Origin: Antedon mediterranea
Taxonomy: Eukaryota; Animalia; Echinodermata
Length of the DNA: 64,000 nucleotides
Direction of reading: 5' to 3'
Assembly (NCBI RefSeq): GCF_964355755.1
Contig: NC_092672.1
Coordinates: forward strand, 3,286,001 to 3,350,000
The translations under genes and the position numbers were made by a program. Under the pieces are notes generated by a model. The model was not told the origin of the DNA. It made no database searches and saw only the letters and a list, made by a program, of their open reading frames with translations. This document shows, one piece after another, positions 1-14,312 of this stretch. Positions within the stretch are counted from its first letter, which is position 1. Each line of letters starts with the position of its first letter.

Positions 1-616
1 ATCATCAGTCAGCTACTACAATCTTTCTCCAGCCACAATGGTCCTTGGCTAACTCTGACAGCTTATCAGAGGTAATCAGCCTTGTTTACTGTAGGATTGG
101 ATTATATTGTACATTGCTACCCCATTAATATTCAATTACTCCATCACTGACACTGTAAAGTGTATTGTACGTATAGGGTTATGCATTATGCCGCCTGCCC
201 CGACTTACCATAAATCGTAATATTTTTATAGTGTACATGACTGTATGCTGTCATCCCCAACATACAGTACTTTACAGTAGTAATGTGTGCATGAAAAAAA
301 AGCCTGCTCCACAAGATTGTGTGTTGTTATTATGTCACCTGCCCGACATTCTGTACAATACCTTTAATCTATGGCTCTTTACATCAGTAGAAGGAACAAA
401 AAATAAGAACCTTTTAAACGCAATTATTTCACAGTAAAATCTTATATTCCATCTATTAATGTACACATCACACATTATGCCACCTGCCCAAACTTAATGA
501 ACTAATGTTCAATCCATATGTCACCTGTCCCAACATATATATACTGTAGTACTGTACATTATGTGGCAGAAACATGCCTCAACATACTTTTGTATTTACA
601 GTATGTGTGGACACAG

Positions 617-1010
617 GCCACCTGTCCCAACAAGTTGTACATTTAGTGTGAACATGGTACATATTTACCACCCCCTGTCCCAACAAGTTGTACATTTAGT
701 GTGAACATGGTACATATTTACCATCCCCTATCCCATCAAGTTGTACATTTAGTGTGAACATGGTACATATTTACTACCCCCTGTCACATCAATTGTACAT
801 TTGGTGTGAACATGATACATATTTACCACCCCCTGTCACATCAAGTTGTACATTTAGTGTGAACATGGTACAGTACATATTTACCACCCCCTGTCCCATC
901 AAGTTGTACATTTAGTGTGAACATGGTACATATTTACCACCCCCTGTCCCATCAAGTTGTACATTTAGTGTGAACATGGTACATATTTACCACCCTGCCC
1001 CAACAAGTTA
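617..1010. repeat. ~53-bp minisatellite, about 7 copies
   Basis: Unit CCCCCTGTCCCAACAAGTTGTACATTTAGTGTGAACATGGTACATATTTACCA repeated in tandem with few substitutions. Confidence 0.92.
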
Positions 1011-2769
1011 TAAATTCTTCTTACATTTAGTAGCAAACTTCATTGTTGAAGGCTACTGCTCTACTGGTTCTATCTTTAGCAATTTTCATAAATTTAACAT
1101 AAACATGATACAAATGATGCCACCAGGACACCCCCCCCCCCCCCTTCAACATATTTGACCTGCCTCCATTCAACCTTCCCCTTCATGGTCATAAGTGCAG
1201 GGTGGTTTCATACTTCCCTCCCTACCACATTATAAGGATGCATTTGTCAAATAAATCTTGATGTAAACCGTTAAAACTTGTCAGTTGTTGTCAGGAATTT
1301 TCGCAATTACTCACAACTGTCATCTATGTTGATATAAATTGTGCAATTATTTTATTGATACCTGAGGGGACAAAAAAATGACGAGCAAGCATAAAGGAAG
1401 AGCCAGAAGCATCTCTGAAAATAACCATAACGAGTTGTACAAAACGTTAATGTATGAATTCTGGCCATGTAGCGAAAATATAAAAAATTAATATTTGCAT
1501 TTTTGGACCTGCAGTAAAAATGTATCAAACTTGAATTGATTATATTCAAATTTTGAATATCGAGTAAAATCTTGATGTTCTTCTTTTCCTAGATGCAGCA
1601 TATATATGTAGTAAGTTTTATAATGTAAGAGTTAATATATTATGATATTATTTATACTATAGCAGCTAATTATTATGCACATGAACTTAACCATAGTTTC
1701 AAAAGACATACAAAATATGATACTTGTACTGTGATTCAAAGAAACTGTATCAATTTCAATCTTCTTCTTTTCTCAGGAGGATTTATAAAAATAGAAAATT
1801 AATAACTAAACTTATTTTATTTAAATTTACTGTAAGAAGCGCTAATTTTATATTTATATCTTGGGTGTATTTTATGGTAATACATAACTATTATAATCAA
1901 CAATTGTTCTCTTGGCTAGACCATGACAAAAGAATTCTCCCTTTCACCAACCAGGGAGCTTAGACAACCACTCTCTCAGCCAATTGTTAAGATTTAAGAT
2001 AAAGGATACTTTATTATTGGGAAGACCATTAGGAAAGCCTCTAGCTTAGGCCTAGGCTAACTCAGAAGATAGCATATGTCTACCAAAACCAAAATATCCA
2101 TGTAAATACAATCTTTGCGTCTTAACAAAAACCCAGTGTATGGTTTTTTCATCTTTTTCCAATTTTCATTAGTCTCTCTTGTTTAATTGATTTATATGAA
2201 GAACTACTTACTAAATTAGAATTAATGTTAAATTTAAGTGGTCATTAATTGTAGAGAACTCAGAATTCCTACTGTATCTAGGTCACAAATAAGAATCATT
2301 TAAATGAGAATCAGTTGTTTTAATTGAAGGATGTTTTGGAAGAAAGATCTTTGTTATTGCTAATTTATCAACTTAAGCTTAGCTTAAATCATGAAAGAAA
2401 AAAAATACTAACATTCTATTTAAAAAATGACTTTGCTATTTCAACCGATTCATAATTCAATTTCTTGAGATAATTACTATTTGAGATCTACAATATGTTC
2501 CCAGTTGATTATTTTAACCGTGATTAGTTCTGCTAATGATTTTCTAGCTCGTGTCCTACGCACGCCAGTATCAATTGGCCAATCCATCATCAGCTAAACT
2601 AATCAAGTAAATACTAGTTTTATACTACAATTAGCAAAAGGCTGAGATTTCATTAAATCCTCAGGGAATGAATGATTTCAACTTTAACGAATTGTTACAT
2701 CGGCAAATGCTTTGTTTATATTACTAATGACCATTCTGATTACGGTTTGTTTATATTTCATTATTATTT

Positions 2770-3483
2770 AATAATTAAAAAGGTCAATTCAGTTTAAATT
2801 CAAGTTTAGTATACAAACAAGACATTTGTATTATTTAAAACATTATGTTGTCTTATATTTCATTGTAATTGTAATTGTATTTTATCTATGTTTTGTTGAT
2901 ATTTCATTAATAATTACAAAGGTCACTTGCGTTTAAATTCAAGTTTAGTATATACAAACTAGTCATTTGTATTATTTAAAACATTATGTTGTCTTATATT
3001 TCAGTTCATTGTAATTGTATTTTATCTATGTTTTGTTGATAATTCATTAATAATTAAAAAGGTCACTTGCGTTTAAATTCAAGTTTAGTATATACAAACA
3101 AGACATTTGTATTATTTAAAACATTATGTTGTCTTATATTTTATTGCATTGTAATTGTATTTTATCTATGTTTTGTTGATATTTCATTAATAATTAAAAA
3201 GGTCACTTCAGTTTAAATTCAAGTTTAGTATACAAACTAGTCATTTGTATTATTTAAAACATTATGTTGTCTTTTATTTTATTGTATTTGTGACTTGTTT
3301 GTAATTGTGTTTTATCTATTTATTTAAACATTATTTTACAAAAGTGGTCCATTCGGCTGAAGTGATCATTAGAAACTCTCGGACCAATACAATGACAACA
3401 ATTTTGAGAACAATTAAAATAATAAATTCAAGTTTAGTATAAAAACCAGATATTTGCATTATTTGAAACGTTATGTAGTCCTA
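2770..3483. repeat. ~140-bp tandem repeat (4 copies plus a partial copy that resumes after 5123)
   Basis: GGTCA anchor recurs at about 2782, 2921, 3061 and 3201; a further copy is interrupted at 3483 and continues at 5124. Confidence 0.88.
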
Positions 3484-5123
3484 TAATTAGTTATCCGCTT
3501 GGTATACCAAGCGGATAACTCCTTGTTATTATATGAGATCAACAGTTTTTTTCTGTATTATTAGTTATCCGCATTTAGCGGATAACTCCTTGTAACTGTC
3601 CTGTGTCTTTTTTTTTTTTTTCATTATTCTTCAGTCTTTCTCCCTCTCTTTTTGTGCAGAGCGTATCTCTAAAATGGGTAAACATAACATTTCATAACTT
3701 TGTCAACATATGGGCATTTACGTGAAGTTGTGCACCTTACGTAACTTACGCGCAATTTTATGAATTTCAATGATGGATCATAGAATAAAAACTAAAAGTC
3801 ATTTAGTATTGCCACTTTGACAAAATTTAAGTCATATCAGGGGCAAACTTTCTACGGATTAAAATAGCATGTTTCACAAGAAGTTACGCGCGCACGCGCA
3901 TTTAAAATTTCAAAATGCGCAAAATTAATTTCTAATCAACTTTTTATGCGTTTCTTGTCATTTTGAGCATGTCAAAAATTCCCATGGGCGCGCAATTTTT
4001 TACGCACGCGGTGCGCACGTAGCGTTAAAAACATATTTTTTTCTCTTGAATCATATTTTTCAAGCCTTTCCTAGTAATTTTGAAAACAATTTAGACCTTT
4101 TCCAATTTAAATAACGCCATACGAACACGTTGAATTAAACATTTCATGCGCGTTTTTTATGAAATAGCTTAAAAAATCGTCAAAATTATGTCTTTTTTTA
4201 AACAGTCATAGTTTCTAAAGTAAACCGTGAACCGTTTATTTTTATTACAAAATCTAGAAGTTGATGAGTTGCAGATATCGGATCATGCATCGATAAGGCT
4301 AAAAAAACATTGTGACGTCATCGTATGGCCACACGAATGTAAAATATAGGATTTTTGTCTCTTTCGTTATTGCTCATCACATTCAATGGAGCGCATCACG
4401 CTTATCTGTATTCCTTTTTCTCCTACATTTATATATTGTGTAGGTCAATCAACTTTCTTTAGCATGAGATAAAAATATTTTAATTTTTATGACGTCATCA
4501 TGCCTAAAAATTTTAATTACGTGGGTCATTAATTTCATCTTTACAGTAAATTTTAATCTGTAATAGCTCGTAAGAATAAAATGTGATAATCACGATTAAA
4601 ACGTTTTATGGAAGCTATTGGATTGTAGATACGAATTCATGTAAACATTTTGCCAATCGGAAGTTGTGACGTCATCATATGGCCAGTTGAATAAAAAAAG
4701 TCGTATTTTCATATTTTGCGTAATAGTTCATCACATTTAAAAGGGTGCGCATCAATAATTTACGTATTCAAATTTCTTCTACACGTTAATATGTTGTTCC
4801 TGAGATAATTTCCTTCTGAAATTGCTATCTAAGTGTTTCATTTTGATACCGTCGCCATGTTAAAAATTGGAATAAATGGCGGGTCCCGTAATTTCACCTT
4901 TTCTATACTGTATGTAATATGTATACAGATTATACTGTTTGCATGTATATACTATATGACACGAAATTGACAGAATTCAGCACTAACAGCATCTCATATT
5001 CTTCAGTTCTTGTCATAATGCCATAATCTTTATCTGTGTGCAATATTCCAACGTAAGACGTGCACGTGGCGTTTGTCGTGGTGCGGATAACTAACTCGTC
5101 AAAGTGACGAGTTTCATGTCTAG
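3484..5123 (+). mobile_element. Non-autonomous Helentron/Helitron-like (HINE/DINE-type) element
   Basis: 5' sub-terminal repeat TTAGTTATCCGC (3487, again at 3561) with local hairpin; 3' inverse GCGGATAACTAA (5083-5094); stem-loop AACTCGTC-AAAGT-GACGAGTT; ends in CTAG; no obvious TSD; interrupts a tandem-repeat unit. Confidence 0.75.
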
Positions 5124-6114
5124 TATTTCATTATATTTGTAACTTAATTGTTTGTAATTGTGTTTTATTTATTTATTTAAACGTTATTTTACAAGAGTAA
5201 ATAATCATTAGAGACTCTCTGAGCAAGACAATGACAACAATAACAGTTCAGAACAATGAAAATAATAAATTAAAAAATAGAATTTAGAAACTAAATAATA
5301 TAAATTTTTATAATTTATAAAAGTACTGTACTTTATGAACCTTGAATTGTTTGATTTACCTTTATGCGTTCTAAGATTATTTTAAATAATATTTTTGATG
5401 CCAAAATAGTTAGTCAATATTTGATATCTCGTTGTCGCTCACTTTTTTAATGTATTCATTTTTCTCAATTATTGCTTGGACTAACTACTGTCTGGAAACA
5501 TTTAAATCAACAATAATCTCAAATTACACGTATTTTTTTAAATCTAGATATACGTCTAACAATTCTGATATCGCTGTGTTCTTTGCTGTCTTAGTTTGTC
5601 AATTAATACTTAAGTACAGATATTGTATTCTGAAAATATTTAAATTAACCAATGTTAAATATCAAATTACTTTTTGTTATTCTTATTTAGATTTTTTATG
5701 CATTTATCTTTCATGATTTAATATTCTTGAATATTGCTATTCTAAAAATATTTAGATTAAGGAATTTTGATTATCAAATTACTTTTTTTATTCTTATTCA
5801 GAATCATCTTTTATACATTTACATACATATTACATTGTTTATTAATATTTTTGAACATTACTATATTCTGAAAATAATAATTTAACCAATTTTAAATCTC
5901 AACATTTTTTTAATTCTTAGATGTATCTGAAAGCATTCTTTTTTCTCAGTTAATATTTGAATACAGTAGACAATGGGACATCATCAAGACCCAAAAGTGT
6001 CCTCATGAGTGTCCCTTAAATAGAGGTTGGTTCGTTTCACAGGAAAGTAATGGTACTGGTTCATATATCTGGTAGCCATTGACATACACTTTTCTTTTAA
6101 TAGGGATGTCCCCA

Positions 6115-6400
6115 TAATAATAATAATATCCTGGATTCCTCTAAGCGCTGAACATTATTACCCCATTAATTTTTTGTGTGGATCAAACACGTATGGGAAC
6201 ATACTCCCATAATGCAGCTTGTAATCAGCGCAAAGTTGTATCTTGATCTAACCGGGTTCCCATTTATACACCTGGGTGGAGAGAGGCAAATGTAAGTAAA
6301 GTATCTTGCCTAAGGATACAAGCAATGCGGCGAGAGTTGGATTCGAACCTCGCTCTCACGATCAGTAGTCGAACGTCCAACACACTGCTTCACACGCCCT
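6115..6400 (-). mobile_element. tRNA-derived SINE, near full length
   Basis: Minus strand has a tRNA-like head with B box GGTTCGAATCC, a central TCCTTAGGCAAGATACTT...CTCTCTCCACCCAGGTGTATAAATGGG body and an (ATT)n tail; related copies at 23556-23773 and 27935-28025. Confidence 0.8.
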
Positions 6401-8199
6401 TACAATAATAGGTGTGTTCCCTAAATAACGTCCCCTGAATAGGGTTGTCCCTGAATATTAGGGAATCCCAAAGGAATTGTATTATATGTTTTTACTACTG
6501 TATTACATTACAGTATATGTATTTATTACTGTACTATATTAATATATTTAAATCAACAACATTTGAATCTCTCTCAATCTTATATTCTTGTATTTTATCT
6601 TAATACATTATCTTTTCTCAATTAATACTTGGAATATTACTTTATTCTGAAAATATTTAAATCAACAAATTTTTGAATCTCAAATTACGAGTATTTTTTT
6701 TCTGTGTTCCACTTGATTTCATCTACATCAATTATCTTTGAAATCAATCCTGCATGTTGAGAAGAAATCTAGCAACGCATGCTTCAGTTGCTCGTGTGTG
6801 ATTAACTTTACAGTGGATTCAGAATCGTGTCTTCAGGGACTTCAAACTTCAAAATTGTCATTAATATCCTTAGTTTCATATAACCTTCTTGCTTTAAGTT
6901 CAGAACAAAGATTTTGATATTATGCTTCAGTTTCAGTACATAATTTTATTATGGTTCTATAGAGAAGCTCTACTTTGAAAGAAAAGGCTTATTTTTTAAA
7001 TAAATAACTCAACAATAATAATGGAAGTAGTACTTATTTTGATTGAATTAATTATTGATAAACGATTAAATTTCATTTTTAAATGTTATGTTTTTAAATT
7101 GTTAAAAATATGTAATTGTTTAAATAAAATTTAATTTAATTTATTTTGATTCTAAATTGTTTGTGCTTTATTTTATCTTTATAAATTATATTTATTTTAA
7201 TTTAATTGTTATTGTCATGATGTATTTCTGTGAATGATGAGCTTCAACTGTATGGACCACCCTTGTAAAATGTTGTTGAAATAAATAAATAAATAAAAAA
7301 TAAAATAAATAATACATTTTTAAAAATAATTTTCATTAAAGGAAATCCCAACCCCTGGGCTGGCATTCATCAATTTTTTTGCTTAAATCAAGATCGCCTT
7401 ATTTATCAAACCAGTCGTGTTACATATTTCATGAAAATGATTTATTTGTCGTCTACGATTTAAGAAAAAAAAAATGTAAAAATATTTGCTCAGGTAATTT
7501 TGAAAATTGACTTCAGCTGAGCATGATTGGCTAAAAACAAAGCTAAGATAATTTTGTTACTAAACATATTTGATAAATGTGAACCCCTTCGAGTGTCCTC
7601 ATCAGAAAATTGTATTATGGTAATAAATATGACAAAAAAAATTATGGTAAAAGATCATTTATAATTCAATAACTCAGTTAATCCAGATTTATATCAGATT
7701 TAACACAAATGTATCCTTGCTCTTAAATAATCTTGGTTCAAGTTCAGAATAAAGATTTTGAATTTAAATTGTTGAATTTTATAACGCCATGTGCAATAAC
7801 AAAAATTACGACTAATCGTTGTTCATTAGTATACTACGTACAGTACAACATAACTATAAAACTGGTAAAATGATTACTGAAATGTTTTATATATTCATTG
7901 CAAGTTTTATAATGTTTGATACTCTATACCTGATGTAGGTTAAGAGCTTTGCCCTTTCCAATTCTGTTATGATGTAATGTTGTATAATAAACATTCAATT
8001 CAATCAATTAGTATTTAGTGATTGATGGATGAAACTTTATAATTACTATTTGGTAATTTGTGGCAACATTTTGTGGCATTGTTTAATTTAAAGGATGTGC
8101 ATATACTATAATTAAAAGCAGTAAAATAAAAGCAGTGATTGAATAAAGCACAACAGTCGAATAAGTCCAAAAATTGAATATCCGAACAGTTGAATAACT

Positions 8200-9860
8200 G
8201 TACAGTTGGCAGTTGAATAAGCACAACAGTCGAATAAGAGCATTAGTCGAATTAGTACATCAGTCAAATAAGTGTAGTAGTCAAATAAGTGTAGTAGTCA
8301 AATAAGTGTAGTAGTTGAATAAGTGTAGTAAGTCAAATAAGTATAGTAGTCAAATAAGTATAGTAGTCCAATAAGTGTAGTAGTTGAATAAACGCAGTAG
8401 TTGAATAATAATAAGCACAATTGTGCTTGTCCACAAATTTAGTGCAGTAGTCGAATAAGAGCATCAGTTGAATTAGTGCATTAGTCGAATAAGCCCAGCA
8501 GTCCAATAAGTGTAGCAGTTGAATTAGTGCATTAGTCAAATAAGCCCAGCAGTCCAATAAGTGTAGCAGTTGAATTAGTGCATTAGTCGAATAAGCCCAG
8601 CAGTCCAATAAGTGTAGCAGTTGAATTAGTGCATTAGTCAAATAAGCCCAGCAGTCCAATAAGTGTAGCAGTTGAATTAGTGCATTAGTCAAATAAGCCC
8701 AGCAGTCCAATAAGTGTAGCAGTTGAATTAGTGCATTAGTCGAATAAGCCCAGCAGTCCAATAAGTGTAGCAGTTGAATTAGTGCATTAGTCGAATAAGC
8801 CCAGCAGTCCAATAAGTGTAGCAGTTGAATTAGTGCATTAGTCAAATAAGCCCAGCAGTCCAATAAGTGTAGCAGTTGAATTAGTGCATTAGTCGAATAA
8901 GCCCAGCAGTCCAATAAGTGTAGCAGTTGAATTAGTGCATTAGTCAAATAAGCCCAGCAGTCCAATAAGTGTAGCAGTTGAATTAGTGCATTAGTCAAAT
9001 AAGCCCAGCAGTCCAATAAGTGTAGCAGTTGAATTAGTGCATTAGTCAAATAAGCCCAGCAGTCCAATAAGTGTAGCAGTTGAATTAGTGCATTAGTCAA
9101 ATAAGCCCAGCAGTCCAATAAGTGTAGCAGTTGAATTAGTGCATTAGTCAAATAAGCCCAGCAGTCCAATAAGTGTAGCAGTTGAATTAGTGCATTAGTC
9201 AAATAAGCCCAGCAGTCCAATAAGTGTAGCAGTTGAATTAGTGCATTAGTCAAATAAGCCCAGCAGTCCAATAAGTGTAGCAGTTGAATTAGTGCATTAG
9301 TCAAATAAGCCCAGCAGTCCAATAAGTGTAGCAGTTGAATTAGTGCATTAGTCAAATAAGCCCAGCAGTCCAATAAGTGTAGCAGTTGAATTAGTGCATT
9401 AGTCAAATAAGCCCAGCAATCCAATAAGTGTAGCAGTTGAATTAGTGCATTAGTCAAATAAGCCCAGCAGTCCAATAAGTGTAGCAGTTGAATTAGTGCA
9501 TTAGTCAAATAAGCCCAGCAGTCCAATAAGTGTAGCAGTTGAATTAGTGCATTAGTCAAATAAGCCCAGCAGTCCAATAAGTGTAGCAGTTGAATTAGTG
9601 CATTAGTCAAATAAGCCCAGCAGTCCAATAAGTGTAGCAGTTGAATTAGTGCATTAGTCAAATAAGCCCAGCAGTCCAATAAGTGTAGCAGTTGAATTAG
9701 TGCATTAGTCAAATAAGCCCAGCAATCCAATAAGTGTAGCAGTTGAATTAGTGCATTAGTCAAATAAGCCCAGCAGTCCAATAAGTGTAGCAGTTGAATT
9801 AGTGCATTAGTCAAATAAGCCCAGCAGTCCAATAAGTGTAGCAGTTGAATAAACGCAGTA
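8200..9860. repeat. Satellite array: 51-bp higher-order unit (3 x 17 bp), roughly 27 near-identical copies, flanked by degenerate 17-mers
   Basis: Unit AGTTGAATTAGTGCATT/AGTCAAATAAGCCCAGC/AGTCCAATAAGTGTAGC; monomers AGTCAAATAAGTGTAGT at 8260-8400. Confidence 0.95.
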
Positions 9861-10074
9861 GTTGAATAATAAGAACAACTGTCCACAGTAGTCAAATAAG
9901 TATAGCGAGTCGAATAAGCGAAGCAGTAAAATAAGCGTAATAAAGTAAAATAAACAGTTGGATAATTGCACAGGATAATAAGTACAGCAGAATAATGACA
10001 ACAATATTGATCAGAGTGCCGTACATACATCAATATAAAATGATAATCTTAAAATTACATACTACAAACTATAA

Positions 10075-10545
10075 GCAGTTGAATAAGCATATCAATAAAA
10101 TAAGTGCTTCAGTTGAATAAGTGCTGCAGTTGAATAAGCATATCAATGAAATAAGTGCTTCAGTTGAATAAGTGCAGAATTTGAATAAGCATATTAATTA
10201 AATAAGTGCTTCAGTTGAATACTGTATGTGCAGCATTTGAATAAGCATAGAAATTAAATAAGTGCTTCAGTTGAATACTGTATGTGCAGCATTTGAATAA
10301 GCATAGAAATTAAATAAGTGCTTCAGTTGAATACTGTATGTGCAGCATTTGAATAAGCATAGAAATTAAATAAGTGCTTCAGTTGAATACTGTATGTGCA
10401 GCATTTGAATAAGCATAGAAATTAAATAAGTGCTTCAGTTGAATACTGTATGTGCAGCATTTGAATAAGCATAGCAATTAAATAAGTGCTTCAGTTGAAT
10501 AAGTGCAGCATTTGAATAAGCATAACAATTAAATAAGTACAACAG
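10075..10545. repeat. Second satellite array, 56-bp unit from the same 17-bp monomer family
   Basis: AGTTGAATACTGTATGTGCAGCATTTGAATAAGCATAGAAATTAAATAAGTGCTTC x about 5, with 51-bp variants at both edges. Confidence 0.9.
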
Positions 10546-12862
10546 TAGAATAGCAGTTGAGTATAGCAGATTTAAGGCCTTATAAAGCTTTTCGACATAA
10601 TAATATGACCACAGGCACACTCTACACACCCACAGATAATCAGAATAATATACTGAATTTTGAAATATGATACTTTCTTTGACTCATTCACCTATGATAT
10701 TTAACTATGCGCTTCTACAATTTTTAATATGTTTTTTTTTAATTTTCGCTAACATTCAATAACACATAAGCTTTTGCTTTTTACTCTGGGCATTTCAGAT
10801 TGAAACTGATGTTAAGATTATTAAAATTTATCAAGTAATAAAGCTTACTTTCATGAAAATTAATTTAATGATTATTTTGTCAAAAATACTGACTCCTTCA
10901 TTTGAATATATTTTAGAATAGACTTCATAGTAAATGTAAATGAGTTAAACATTAAATTAACGTTTTACCATCCTGGGACCATATCATTTTTTATTAATTA
11001 TTATTTTGTCAAAATGAAGATAGTGACTCCTTGATTTGAGTATTAGAATAAACTCAATAACCAAATTACTTAATTATCTCAATATTTATTTTTAAAATAA
11101 TTTTGATATTGAAAATGTGTGTTGTTGGTCGCTTTCTTGTCGATGCTTTTATTGTAGAACGTAATTTATTTATTTTTCTCTGTTCTGGGTTGACCAACTA
11201 GCATAGGTGTTTAGCACCTGTTTGGTCTTTCCGTGCCTCCTTTTAGTTTTATAATTGTTTTGTCTTCTTTGTTATGTATACATGGCAGAAATTGAATAAA
11301 TAAATAAAATAAATAAATAAATATTAAAAGTAAATGAATAAACGAATTAATTAGTTTATCGTTTACTATCAGACGGATAGTATCATTTTTTATTAAATTA
11401 AAAATTAGAATTATATTATTATGTTTATTTTAAATTTGGAATAGATGAATTCCGAGGTCATAACAATTAGTAATCAATATTCTATATGAATTACTATCAA
11501 AAAAGAAGTGTAAAAAAAAACTTTTGTGATGACGTATTTTGGATGTAAATAAAAGCAGATAATTAGGAAAATATTTAAATTCATGTGCATGTTTTAACAA
11601 TTAATATATTTACTGTGATGGAAAAGGATAATGTCATTGTACAATACAGTATACTTTATTTATTTTTTTCTTCTGTAGTGAATTTTTATGAGAAAAACTG
11701 ATAAGTTGGAATTGCGTTATTTACATGTTGCAAACTGCGTAACGAGAGCTACTTATGCTCTCTACTTTTTTTTGTTTTATGAGAAATGAGTGAAAATTGT
11801 GATTCACAAATCTTTACAAAAAAAATAAAGAAGTAGGTCTTGTCAGAGAAAATGACTTGAAGATTGTTTTAATATATAATCTCTGAAATGAATTTGATTT
11901 ATACATTATAGGTAGTATCTATAATGTTAGACCATCCATCAAGCGTTTAGATGTGTTTTCCCCAAGATATTCATCTACAAGTATACCAAGTGATAACATA
12001 ACATTCCTCCGGGACCAGACTTGTTATAGATAATGGAAGTTTTGCATCCACTCATAACTTTAAGATTTAATATTCCATTAAAGTGCAAATTTTTAATATC
12101 TAAACAGATTTATTTTTAGAGTAGTGTCTTCAATGGATTTAAATATTGTGATAGATGGCCATATAAAGGCCTGTTTTATCGCGCTTTTCGTGCCTCATCA
12201 AAATCAAATATTAAAAAAGAAAATTGATAATTATGACGAGTAATATGTTTTTCATTTTTCTTTTTGATTGATTTTTTTTTCAAAACAATTTGTTTTGTAT
12301 CAATAAGGTAATTTTATATTGAAAAAGAATGAGCAGCATTACGCCAAGATTAATTGTTTGAATATGTTTATCATTTTGCAAATTGGTTTCTGATTTTACT
12401 TTCTATATTTTTTTCTTTTATTGTATATTCTACTCAAAGGTTAGACATTATAAAGAACAACATTGAACAGAACAACATTGAACATGTTAACAATATATTT
12501 GCACCAGTTTAATTTATTTAAATTTTAAAACTTAAAACATTCTTTTTATGGTGATGGTGACACTGACAGTAAAATTAAACTTGTTTCTAATGTAATTTAT
12601 AAAATGTAAACAGCAAGTGAGAAACTGCAAAACCATCCCAACAATAAACAATTGGGCTGTTGAGGCTTAGTTATCCAAATGTGCCCAAATGTGGTAATGA
12701 TATGTCCAAATATGGTGATGATATTCCCAAATATGGTAGTGATATACATCATCATATCCATATATGGGCACATCACATTTATTTGTCACATAAAGTTTGA
12801 TAATTAATAGACAGAGAGCTTATGGGCACAGTTATTATTACAAACTTTGGTGGGTAAATAAC

Positions 12863-13106
12863 TAAAGCTTGGTTGCCACTAGAACGTAACGCAAGGACGT
12901 AAATGCAACGTAAGCGTTTTAAAGCTTGGTTCCCACTAGAACGTAACGCAAGGACGTAAACGCAACGCAAGCGTTTTAACCAATGACGAGCGAAGTTATA
13001 GACAGTTAGCAGTCACAAGCGAATAAGCTATCGCTTGTGATTGGTCAATTCACTTGCGTTGCGTTACGTCCAGCTTGTGTTGCGTTGCAAATGGGAACCA
13101 AGCTTT
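12863..13106. mobile_element. PIF/Harbinger-like MITE with a duplicated left end
   Basis: TIR AGCTTGGTTCCCA...TGGGAACCAAGCT in TAA/TTA context; internal inverted arms; left ~57 bp present twice. Confidence 0.65.
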
Positions 13107-14034
13107 AGAAGTCAGCCCAAATAAGAATAAAATTCTGGTCTACTGGTTGATGTTTATACTGTAGACCACTTAGCTTGTTATATGTATGTACACAGACTAA
13201 CTGTACAGTACAGTATGAAACTAATAAATAAATAAATACCCTTTATCAAGTCATCTTTATCTCAAGTGGTCTATAGGTCTGTCTGTGTATCATACAGAAA
13301 ACCCAGGTTCACGTCTCATTTGGAATAACTTCAAACATGCATTTTCTTCTATGAATGTTTTTAAATCGTTGAAATATCATTGCATGTTGCGTGATCTCTA
13401 ATCAGTGTACTGTACTGCACGCTGTAGTTATTACCTCACAACCTACAAGGCATCAACAAATGTCATACTGCCATTTTTCTTTATTAAACTTTTACTAAAA
13501 TGTAGAATTTTAGTAGTCGAAGGCAACTAATATTTTGGTAATTTATAATTAATATATCTCCTTTGACATTTAAATATCCTGAGATATATGAGTGATAAAA
13601 AGTTTACAACAGCATAAATGCAACATAAACACAACATTCACAAAAAAGGCAGCAAATTATAACATTATTGATTGTTGTAACTTGTTAAATATACAGTAGA
13701 TTTTCTGTCTGTTTTTATTTGATAATTTGTTCAATTTGTAACTATTTACACATATCAATTATCATGAAGGTAAAGTAACTACAACAAAGTATCTTTTGGA
13801 AAAGTTTTGGGATTTCAATTAAAATATAAAACATGCCTCATGAGTATAAGATAATTGGATATTTTGTCCTATACTCCTAAATGCAATAGTCAATTGAGAA
13901 TGGAGCCAATAATTATTTAATACATGATTATAGTACAGTAGTGTCCCCTTATAGGCGAGTCTCCTGAATAGTTGTTGGCTATAGTGTTAAATCACAGATT
14001 CCCCTCATCCTTTATCAGCAAAGTGTCCCCTTAA

Positions 14035-14312
14035 AGATATATTGTCCCCCTGAAAAAATAATTCTTAACAAAATTTTTGATGAATATGCCATTTTTTAAT
14101 GTAACATAATAGTTATCCACTTTGACCAAAAATTGGATCGAAATAAAAAGCAATTACCTGAAAAAAATAATTTAAAGCAAAAAATGGTCAAATTGGCTGC
14201 CAGCCAATATTTAACCATTTTTTTTGTCATTTTATAAGTGAAAACATTACTTTATATTCAAAGTCTGATTTAATTAATCTTCATTTTTCATCTTTTGGAG
14301 GACAATACATCT
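14035..14312 (+). mobile_element. Kolobok-like MITE (TTAA target)
   Basis: TTAA|AGATATATTGTCCCCC...GGAGGACAATACATCT|TTAA; AG..CT termini; family recurs 6 times in the window. Confidence 0.8.

Noticed and set aside
8460-9850. CRISPR-like array
   Set aside because: Units are contiguous with no unique spacers, there are no cas genes, and the context is eukaryotic
8333-10033. 566-aa minus-strand ORF
   Set aside because: It is the translation of the 51-bp satellite (17-aa repeat LTNALIQLLHLLDCWAY); it stays open only because the unit is a multiple of 3 and lacks a stop in that frame
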